The notes beneath the pieces are model-generated. The model did not search any database. It was not told the DNA's origin and was given only the letters and a program-made list of their open reading frames with translations. A stretch of 64,000 nt of DNA. Source: Lachnospiraceae bacterium. GTDB taxonomy: Bacteria > Bacillota > Clostridia > Lachnospirales > Lachnospiraceae. The translations under genes were made by a program, and so were the position numbers. The stretch spans positions 7,388 to 71,387 of the forward strand of contig JAFWDM010000045.1 in the NCBI GenBank assembly GCA_017513005.1, read 5' to 3'. Positions 1-7,593 of this stretch are shown piece by piece; position 1 is the stretch's first letter, and each line of letters begins with the position of its first letter.

Positions 1-242
1 CCTGCGTCCTGGTGGATCAGGAGGAGGCGAAGGGGAGGGTGCCCGTCTATACAGGCATCGATCAGGTCCGCTTCCGGGCACCGGTGCGGCCCGGTGACCG
101 GATCGAGACGAGCTGCAGGATCGTCCGGGAGAAAAGGCCCTTTTATTTCATAAACGGAAGTGTTTACGTGGGTGGAAAAGCCTGTGTCACCGCATCGTTT
201 TCCTTTGCACTGGCCCGCCAGGAGGCGCAGGAGGAAGCATAG
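1..242 (+). CDS. fabZ: 3-hydroxyacyl-ACP dehydratase, 3' part (gene starts before the window)
   Basis: Frame is open from base 3. GIDQVRFRAPVRPGD matches the FabZ hot-dog C-terminal motif, and it sits directly upstream of accC-accD-accA. Confidence 0.85.
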   Translation, partial: CVLVDQEEAKGRVPVYTGIDQVRFRAPVRPGDRIETSCRIVREKRPFYFINGSVYVGGKACVTASFSFALARQEAQEEA

Positions 243-255
243 GAGACGCGGCAGA

Positions 256-331
256 GATGAAGCGGGTTTCCCTTTTTGCACGCGTATCCCACGACTGAAG
301 GCACGGGTTTTGCGCGATGAAGAATAAAAAA
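256..331 (+). repeat. Dispersed palindromic repeat, family 1, copy A
   Basis: Reverse complement reads ttttattcttcatcgcgcaaaacccgtgccttcagtcgtgggatacgcgtgcaaaaagggaaacccgcttcatc. It shares the exact core ttcagtcgtgggatacg with copies at about 28027, 34412 and 44678. Confidence 0.85.
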
Positions 332-410
332 GGGAAGACAGGGTGAGCAGCGGGGTTCCCGGCGGCTCTGCGGTTTCAGGAACCGTTTCGGGAGCCCGGG
401 GAGAGAGTTC

Positions 411-1718
411 ATGTTTTCGAAGATACTGATTGCAAACAGAGGGGAAGTAGCGGTCCGGATCATCCGGGCCTGTCGGGAGATGGGGATCGCCACGGTGGCG
501 GTCTATTCAACGGCGGACGAAAATGCGCTGCATGTCGCATTGGCGGACGAGAGCTACTGCATAGGAGGCAGAGAAGCCTCCGAAAGCTATCTGCAGCAGG
601 AACGGATCATCAGCACAGCCATGCTGGCGGGGGCGCAGGCCATCCACCCCGGGTACGGTTTTCTGGCTGAAAATGCACAGTTTGCCGCAAGATGCCGGGA
701 AAACGGGATCGTATTCATCGGTCCCTCCGCAGAGATCATGGAGAGGCTCAGCGATAAGGTACGGCTCAAGGAGGAGATGCAGAGAGCTGGCCTGGCCGTG
801 ATTCCCGGCAGCAGCGCTGTCAGAGACCTGCGCAGAGCGGTGCGGCAGGCGGAGGATTTCGGATACCCGGTGATGCTGAAAGCGGCGAGCGGCGGAGGCG
901 GGCGGGGGATCCGGCTGGTCCGCAGCAGGCAGGAAATGGAGAGAGAGTATCCGCAGGCAAAGGCGGAGGCAAAAGCCGCCTTTGGAGACGGTACGCTTTA
1001 TCTGGAAAAATATATCTACCCCGCCAGGCACGTGGAATTCCAGGTGATGGCGGACGAGCAGGGGCATGTTGTCTGTCTGGGAGAAAGAGACTGTTCGCTT
1101 CAGCGCAGGCACCAGAAACTGGTGGAGGAGGCTCCGTCTCCGGCTGTCACGGCACAGATGCGCGCAAGGATGATCGGCCTCTTGCTGCCTGCAGTACGGG
1201 CGCTGGGCTACGTCGGTGTGGGAACGGTGGAGTTCCTTCTGGACAAAGAGGGGCGTTTCTGGCTGATGGAGATGAATCTCCGCCTGCAGGTCGAACACCC
1301 CGTCACGGAGATGCTGACAGGGATCGATCTCGTCAAATGGCAGATCCGGATCGCCGCAGGGGTTCCCCTCGCCTTTACACAGGAGGATCTGGCGTTTTCG
1401 GGGGCTTCGATCGAGTGCCGGATCAATGCGGCGGGCTGCGGAGAGGTCGGGCTGCTTCATATACCGGGCGGGCTGCAGGTGCGGTTTGACACCTGGCTCC
1501 TTCAGGGAAGCGAGGTGACCCCCTATTATGATGCCCTGCTGGGTAAACTGATCGTGCGCGCATCCAGCCGGGAAAAAGCGCTGCGCAAGCTGCGGAGCGC
1601 CCTCAGCGAGCTGGCGATCGAAGGAATCCCCACCAATATCAGCGAACAGATGAACCTTTTTTACGACGACAGGGTCGTCACGGGAGAGTATGACCTCGCA
1701 TACATGGGTAACAGGTGA
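411..1718 (+). CDS. accC: Acetyl-CoA carboxylase, biotin carboxylase subunit
   Basis: KILIANRGEVAVR, HPGYGFLAEN, KAASGGGGRG and EMNLRLQVEHPVTE motifs. Confidence 0.97.
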   Translation: MFSKILIANRGEVAVRIIRACREMGIATVAVYSTADENALHVALADESYCIGGREASESYLQQERIISTAMLAGAQAIHPGYGFLAENAQFAARCRENGIVFIGPSAEIMERLSDKVRLKEEMQRAGLAVIPGSSAVRDLRRAVRQAEDFGYPVMLKAASGGGGRGIRLVRSRQEMEREYPQAKAEAKAAFGDGTLYLEKYIYPARHVEFQVMADEQGHVVCLGERDCSLQRRHQKLVEEAPSPAVTAQMRARMIGLLLPAVRALGYVGVGTVEFLLDKEGRFWLMEMNLRLQVEHPVTEMLTGIDLVKWQIRIAAGVPLAFTQEDLAFSGASIECRINAAGCGEVGLLHIPGGLQVRFDTWLLQGSEVTPYYDALLGKLIVRASSREKALRKLRSALSELAIEGIPTNISEQMNLFYDDRVVTGEYDLAYMGNR

Positions 1719-2578
1719 GTAGCATGGCCTTACTATTACATTTAATGAAAACGGGGAACAAGCTGGAGGAGGGCGGCAGGACCGCCGCTCCCGTCCAGAG
1801 GGACGAAGGGGAGCCGGAGAAGCTGTGCCCCAACTGCCGCAGACGGATCCCTGTGAGCCGTCTGTGGGGGAACGGGATGGTCTGTGACTGCGGATATCAT
1901 TTCCACATGAAAGCGAGACAGAGGATCGAGATGCTCACAGACAGCGGCTCCTTCCGGGAACTGTTTACCGGGATCAAAACAGCCGATCCCCTGCTATTCC
2001 CCGGGTATCAGGAAAAACTGGAGACAGTGCGCACAGCCAGCGGCGAGGAGGAGGCCGTGATCTGCGGGACAGCGCTGGTGGACGGGCATACAGCCTGTCT
2101 GTTTGCGATGGAATCCTATTTCATGATGGGAAGCATGGGCTGTGCGGTCGGAGAAAAGATCACGCTTTTGTTTGAGCACGCCCTGCAGAACCGCCTTCCG
2201 GTGATCGGTATCATCGTCTCGGGAGGCGCGAGGATGCAGGAGGGCGTCCTCTCACTGATGCAGATGGCCAGGACCAGTGCGGCTGTAAAGCGCCACAGTG
2301 ATGCGGGGCTGCTCTACACGGCCCTTCTGACGGATCCTACGACGGGGGGCGTCACAGCGAGCTTTGCGATGGAGGCGGATGTCATCCTGGCGGAGCCGGG
2401 CGCAACGATCGGCTTTGCCGGTGCAAGAGTCGTGGAGCAGACCACCAGGAAGGCCCTGCCAAAAGGATTTCAGAAGGCGGATTTCGTGCTCCGGCACGGA
2501 TTTGTCGATTGTATTGTACCCAGGGCAAGGCAGAGAGCTTTCCTGAGCAGGCTTCTCGCCCTGCACCGGCAGGGGTGA
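1715..2578 (+). CDS. accD: Acetyl-CoA carboxylase carboxyltransferase, beta subunit
   Basis: Zn finger CPNC...CDC, then MMGSMG, SGGARMQEG, DPTTGGVTASFA and GFAGARV. Overlaps the accC stop by 4 bp. Confidence 0.96.
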   Translation: MSSMALLLHLMKTGNKLEEGGRTAAPVQRDEGEPEKLCPNCRRRIPVSRLWGNGMVCDCGYHFHMKARQRIEMLTDSGSFRELFTGIKTADPLLFPGYQEKLETVRTASGEEEAVICGTALVDGHTACLFAMESYFMMGSMGCAVGEKITLLFEHALQNRLPVIGIIVSGGARMQEGVLSLMQMARTSAAVKRHSDAGLLYTALLTDPTTGGVTASFAMEADVILAEPGATIGFAGARVVEQTTRKALPKGFQKADFVLRHGFVDCIVPRARQRAFLSRLLALHRQG

Positions 2579-2710
2579 ACAATGCGCCTTCAAGCGGAAG
2601 GAAAGCAGAAGGAAAGCGCTTAAAAAAGCGGACATGGACAAGGACGGCCTGCCCTGACGCAGGTGTACCTTATGGACAGCGCCGCGCAGAAACGACTTTA
2701 GAAAGAGCGG

Positions 2711-3553
2711 ATGGAGGCAAAGCTTTTGCATCCGGGAGAGGAAAGGGAAATGCTTTCTGCCTATGAGCGGGTACGCACGGCCCGGGACAACAAGCGTCCC
2801 ACAGGGATGGACTATATCAGAAATGTGTTCCCCGGCTTTATCGAAATGCACGGGGACCGCAGGTTCGGGGATGACCCGGCAATCGTGGGAGGAATCGCCT
2901 CGCTGAACGGGACGAGTGTCACCGTGATTGCGATTGAAAAAGGGCATACTGTGAGGGAGCGGTCTTTTCGAAACTCCGGTGCGCCGTCGCCGGAAGGGTA
3001 CCGCAAGGCTCTACGGCTGATGAGACAGGCGGAGAAATTCGGCAGGCCGGTCGTCTGCTTCGTCGATACCTCGGGGGCCTATTGCGGAAGCGGCGCGGAA
3101 GAACGGGGACAGGGGCAGGCAGTTGCGGAAAATCTGCTGGAAATGTCGACTCTGTGCGTCCCTGTGCTCTCCATCGTGATCGGGGAGGGGGGCAGCGGAG
3201 GCGCCCTGGCCCTGTCTGTGGCGGACCGGGTGTGGATGATGGAAAACGCGGTCTATTCCGTGATCTCTCCGGAGGGGTGCGCCAGCATCCTGTGGAAGGA
3301 TCCGGGAAAGGCAGAGGCTGCAGCAGAAAGCCTCCGCCTGACGGCACAGGATGCCCGGATGTTTGGTGTGATCGAGGAGATCATCTCCGAGGAGGGTCTG
3401 GGAACAGAGGGTTTTTATAAAAACCTGAAGGAGAGGATCAGAAAAGAGCTTTCCGCCCTGAGTGCCGACCCGGAGCTCCTGGAGAACCGGTATCAACGTT
3501 TCCGCCGTCTGGGAACGGATCCCGAATGGGAGGCGGCCGGTCCCGGTTTCTGA
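2711..3553 (+). CDS. accA: Acetyl-CoA carboxylase carboxyltransferase, alpha subunit
   Basis: HGDRRFGDDPAIVGG, GYRKALRLM, GEGGSGGALAL and YSVISPEGCASILW motifs. Confidence 0.96.
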   Translation: MEAKLLHPGEEREMLSAYERVRTARDNKRPTGMDYIRNVFPGFIEMHGDRRFGDDPAIVGGIASLNGTSVTVIAIEKGHTVRERSFRNSGAPSPEGYRKALRLMRQAEKFGRPVVCFVDTSGAYCGSGAEERGQGQAVAENLLEMSTLCVPVLSIVIGEGGSGGALALSVADRVWMMENAVYSVISPEGCASILWKDPGKAEAAAESLRLTAQDARMFGVIEEIISEEGLGTEGFYKNLKERIRKELSALSADPELLENRYQRFRRLGTDPEWEAAGPGF

Positions 3554-3602
3554 GAAACTGCAGCACCCGTCTTGCTGAAGGAAAGCAGGGCGGAGGAAGC
3601 GG

Positions 3603-5387
3603 ATGGAGCATCCGGCGGACAGTCCGCTTGTTTGTGGATACGGTGAAAGGAAGTATACAGGGATAAACGCAAAGATGAACGCTGGAAGCGCATGCGAGAT
3701 ACTGAAAAAATATATCAGCGGTTACCATGAATATGCACTGGAGGATCCGGTGCATATTTTGTATGCGGGAGAGAGTCTGTGCAGCATTCTGAGGATGACA
3801 CCGGAAGAACTGACCAGTCCCCTGACGGACATGCTGTTTCCCTCTGTGCATCCCGCAGACGGGGATGCCTATCAGGCCTTTCTGAAAAAGATGGCAGAGG
3901 AGGAGCGGACTGCCAGCTGTGAATTTCGCCTGATGACCGGCGGGGGGCAGTTCCGCCGGTATGCCGTCAGTATGACTTCTTCCAGGAGGGAAGACGGCAG
4001 GATGACAGGCTACGGTGTGCTGGCTGAAATCGAGAGGGAACAGAGACAGATGGAAACCCTGCAGTTTATAAACGACACTGTGCCCTGCGGGCTTCTGCGC
4101 TATACATGTGAAAAGATCCCGCGAATTACTTATGTCAATGATACCATGCTGGAACTGATGCGGATCCCCCGAAAAAGCGGCGACGGAATCGATCCGCTGG
4201 AGCTTTATACCAGCAATATTTATATGCGGATCGCGGAGGAAAGCAGGGGAAGGTTCTCCACTGTCCTCAGAGAGGTTTTTCTACAGGGGAAACCACATGC
4301 CGGCGAGATCAGTGTGCTGCGGGGCGACGGGAGCAGGGGAAGGCTTTTCGGCTGGGTAACGAAACGGATCGGTGCAGACGGCAGGGAGGAGTTCCAGAGC
4401 ATCTGTATGGATGTGACGAACCGCTACCGGGCGAAGCAGTCCGAACAGACAGAGAGCTATCTACATGCACTGTCCTGCGCCTACGATATGATCTTTGAGT
4501 TTGATACTGTGGAAAGAACGGTGCGATATCTGCAGGGAAGTGTTCCGTTCTTCGACGGATTTTTTAAAAATGTTCCGATGGATCTTACGATCGCCACGCA
4601 GAAATGGCTGAATGCTCTTGTAGTGGAGGAGGACCGTCCTGCGCTTTCACGATTCCTGGTTTCCAATGTACTCCGACAGGAAAAAGAAAAAATCGCCGCT
4701 TCCGGGACGGTAGGTCATCCTGCACAACAGGAGAACAGAAGGGATAACGCGAGCGAGGACCCGCAGATCACTTTTCGGATGAGGGAAGGGGACGGAGGGC
4801 TGCAGGAATACAACGAATACAACGGGATCATCCTGAGAACCGGTATGGACAGACTCTGGTTCTGCTGCAGTGCTCTTGCAAAAGAACAGAAGGTCGGCAT
4901 GGCGGGGAGGGAACCGGGACAGAGCGGAAAACCACGCGCTCCGCATGTCAAAATCCGGACCTTTGGATACTTTGATGTGTTCGTTGACGGCAGGCCTGTC
5001 ATGTTCCGGCATGAAAAGGCAAAGGAACTGCTGGCCCTGCTGGTCGACAGGCAGGGTGGATACATATCGTCGGAAGAAGCGATCAGTTTTCTGTGGGAGG
5101 ACGAACCGGCCAGTCCGGTCGTTCTTTCGCGATACAGAAAGGTGTCCATGCGCCTGAAAAACATCCTGGAGGAGTATGGAATCGCGCAGATCGTAGAGTC
5201 CGTAAACGGAAAACGGCGGATCGTTCCCGAAGCCGTGGACTGCGATCTGTACGTATATCTGTCACAGGAAGCGGCGTCTGGGGATCTTTTTACCGGAAGC
5301 TACCTGACCAACTACAGCTGGGGGGAGACGACGCTCGGGGATCTCCTGATGAGGCGGGAGACATTTCGCAGACGGGACCCGCTGTAA
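3603..5387 (+). CDS. PAS-domain protein with C-terminal SARP-like winged-helix output (one-component regulator); start uncertain
   Basis: PAS-like segments (VHPADG...CEFRL; VPCGLLRY...YVNDTM). The C-terminus TFGYFDVFVDG...KAKELLALLVD...YSWGE is typical of clostridial SARP-type outputs. No receiver or kinase domain. Confidence 0.7.
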   Translation: MEHPADSPLVCGYGERKYTGINAKMNAGSACEILKKYISGYHEYALEDPVHILYAGESLCSILRMTPEELTSPLTDMLFPSVHPADGDAYQAFLKKMAEEERTASCEFRLMTGGGQFRRYAVSMTSSRREDGRMTGYGVLAEIEREQRQMETLQFINDTVPCGLLRYTCEKIPRITYVNDTMLELMRIPRKSGDGIDPLELYTSNIYMRIAEESRGRFSTVLREVFLQGKPHAGEISVLRGDGSRGRLFGWVTKRIGADGREEFQSICMDVTNRYRAKQSEQTESYLHALSCAYDMIFEFDTVERTVRYLQGSVPFFDGFFKNVPMDLTIATQKWLNALVVEEDRPALSRFLVSNVLRQEKEKIAASGTVGHPAQQENRRDNASEDPQITFRMREGDGGLQEYNEYNGIILRTGMDRLWFCCSALAKEQKVGMAGREPGQSGKPRAPHVKIRTFGYFDVFVDGRPVMFRHEKAKELLALLVDRQGGYISSEEAISFLWEDEPASPVVLSRYRKVSMRLKNILEEYGIAQIVESVNGKRRIVPEAVDCDLYVYLSQEAASGDLFTGSYLTNYSWGETTLGDLLMRRETFRRRDPL

Positions 5388-5429
5388 ACCGCAGTGACAC
5401 AGTGATCGGAAAAAACCGAGAGGGAGGAG

Positions 5430-5699
5430 GTGTGTATGATGCATAGCAGCAGAATCCGGCAGAAGAAAGAACAGTTCAGGCTTGTTTTTACGGCAAAGGA
5501 TGCGCTGGAGGCCGAGATGGTACTCATCACATTGAAAAAGGCCGGTGTACCTGCGTTCAGACAGGATCTGGGGGATGCGGGTCTGTTAAACATTTACGGA
5601 AGGGATACCCTGTATGGCGCGAATATTTATGTGGCTGAAGAAAAAGCTGAGGAGGCAAAGGAAGTACTCGCGGGAATGGGTATTTCCGCCGATCTATAG
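5430..5699 (+). CDS. DUF2007-like small putative signal-transducing protein
   Basis: EAEMVLITLKKAGVP...IYVAEEKAEEAKEVL pattern, with RBS ggaggagg upstream. Confidence 0.6.
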   Translation: MCMMHSSRIRQKKEQFRLVFTAKDALEAEMVLITLKKAGVPAFRQDLGDAGLLNIYGRDTLYGANIYVAEEKAEEAKEVLAGMGISADL

Positions 5700-5779
5700 G
5701 GAGAGGGATAAAAGGAAGGAACTGTAGCAAAATAGTCTGTTCATTTTGCTGCAGTTTCCAAGCCCCGGAAGAACCGTGC

Positions 5780-5838
5780 AAAAAAGAAAACCGCGTCCAC
5801 ACGAAGCAGGGGTCAGTCTTCGGGGGACGCGGTTTGTT
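5780..5838. terminator. Intrinsic terminator between convergent genes
   Basis: Stem aaaccgcgtcc (5788-5798) / ggacgcggttt (5825-5835) with an A-tract on the left, which gives a U-tract for the minus-strand gene. Confidence 0.65.
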
Positions 5839-5953
5839 CGGATGTACAGGGAAAGCTTGCAGTGAAAATGCACACATGCAAGAGGGGGGCCCCGTACAGG
5901 ATAAAAGCAAAGAGGGATGGAACTGTGCGGCAAAAACCTGTCCGGCATGGAGA

Positions 5954-7114
5954 TTACGGAGCGCCCGTGCCGGGTGTCAGAGAAATCTCTTCCGCATCGC
6001 GAGCTTCTTTTGGAATGATGATCTCGGGGACGGTGTTAAAGCTGCGGAAAATGATCTCGGAGGAGTATTCACTGAAGTGGAACGTAAACGCAGGCATTTC
6101 CTGTGCTGCGCCGGTGCTGCTTTCGCCGGACGATTCGTAGGAGGACAGGAGGGACTTGAAGAGCTCGTTAAACAGGGTGTTCCCCAGCTCCGCCATGTCC
6201 TGCTCGATTTTTGCGGGAAGGCCGGTTTCGAGATCGACCCAGATGACCGTCTTTACCTTTGTGTCCTTGAGCAGATCCTCCGGCAGATCCTGCAGTGACA
6301 GACCGATTTCCGACAGGATCGAAGATGCCGTTTCCAGTGAACTCTGCGCAAGTTCACCGCTCAAAAACGTGTTGAGCACATAACATTCTTTTCCGTCGAC
6401 GAAGTCCGTGGCGGGAGATACGGACGCTTCCGTTTCACCGGACACAATGGACTGCAGCAACTCTATATTAAAAATATCGGAAGAGGATTCCGGCACAGCC
6501 ACCACGGTTTTTGACCAGCTGTCGGTGCCGCCGGTCTTCGAGTAGGTGGCAAACCGGCCGTTCTCGGTCATTTCCCCATACGTCTCCATGTTGAGCGGGC
6601 TTTCATCCCCGTCTGTCCCGCCGGTCGGAGCCTCTCCTCCGTTTGTTCCGCCGGCCGGGGCCTCTTCTTCGCCTGTCCCGTCGGCCGGGGCTGTTTCCTC
6701 TGCCGTCAAGTCTGAAACCGAGACCATGTGTATGGTCAGAGGCTCCAGAATCGTCCGGATAGAACTCTTCATTTCTCCGCCGAATCCCTGTTCCTCCTCG
6801 CCGGCCTTGATCGCCATGTGCAGGCGAACAGTCGAATCCATTTCCGCGGAAGTGACGGTCTCGCTGGAGTCGATGACGATCCGGGCGAGCTGCTGCGCAT
6901 CGGGAATCGTGGTGGTCTGCACAGCGGCCTCCTCCCCGGTTGCGCCCGTTCCGCCGGAAGCAGCTGCACTGCCGCCGCATCCGGCAAGGAATACGGCTGC
7001 GGCCAACAGGACCGCGGTGATTCTGCCGCAGATCCGGTGCCCGGGGCCGCAGCCATGAATATGTTCATATGATGACGGTGCTGCTGCAGTCTTCCAATGA
7101 TATTTTCTGATCAT
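5954..7114 (-). CDS. Lipoprotein, DUF6612-like (LolA/LppX-like fold inferred)
   Basis: Lipobox VFLAG-C, RBS ggagg, and the C-terminal pattern WVDLETGLPAKIEQDM...FNTVPEIIIPKEA. Confidence 0.6.
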   Translation of the reverse strand: MIRKYHWKTAAAPSSYEHIHGCGPGHRICGRITAVLLAAAVFLAGCGGSAAASGGTGATGEEAAVQTTTIPDAQQLARIVIDSSETVTSAEMDSTVRLHMAIKAGEEEQGFGGEMKSSIRTILEPLTIHMVSVSDLTAEETAPADGTGEEEAPAGGTNGGEAPTGGTDGDESPLNMETYGEMTENGRFATYSKTGGTDSWSKTVVAVPESSSDIFNIELLQSIVSGETEASVSPATDFVDGKECYVLNTFLSGELAQSSLETASSILSEIGLSLQDLPEDLLKDTKVKTVIWVDLETGLPAKIEQDMAELGNTLFNELFKSLLSSYESSGESSTGAAQEMPAFTFHFSEYSSEIIFRSFNTVPEIIIPKEARDAEEISLTPGTGAP

Positions 7115-7467
7115 TCAAGTCCTCCTGGTATTCTATGACGGTTACTGTTTTCTGCCTCTTAGAAAAGGTAGAAAAGGCCTGCTTCCGCCCCGGGCGCCGG
7201 GAGTGGGAGCCGGCAGCCCGGGCAGAAGGAAGCTATGTCCCCTTATAAAGGTAAAGGGATGTTTTTATTATAGAAAATGTGTTCAAACATGGTACAAACA
7301 CGCCCTGGTGCGGTTGGATAATAAGGCGGCAGGAAAAAATGCGAATACGCAGGTGCTTCGGCGTAACGTAATAATAACGGGATAATGACGTTAAATACTA
7401 AAAAAAGAAGGGGGTGGTAAGTGGATAAAGACTGCGATCGGTTTGTAGTGCGTTGGGGCGGGGGCTC

Positions 7468-7534
7468 TATAATTTCGGGCATGACTACTGACGAGTCCTG
7501 TCAGACAATGACTCCTGACGACTCCTCTCAGAGA
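7468..7534 (+). promoter_or_regulatory. TATAAT box followed by a 27-bp imperfect direct repeat (candidate operator) upstream of the pilus adhesin
   Basis: tataat at 7468-7473, then atgactactgacgagtcctgtcagaca (7481-7507) and atgactcctgacgactcctctcagaga (7508-7534). Each unit contains a CTGA-N9-TCAG dyad. Confidence 0.4.
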
Positions 7535-7593
7535 GTTTTATGCATCAGCAGTTTCATTTAGATCGACCACTGTGTACTTCGGAGAGAGCCGAC

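Noticed and set aside
7181-7233. GC-rich inverted repeat as an invertible (phase-variable) promoter boundary
   Set aside because: The arms are adjacent, forming a simple hairpin rather than flanking a promoter, and no site-specific recombinase is in the window.
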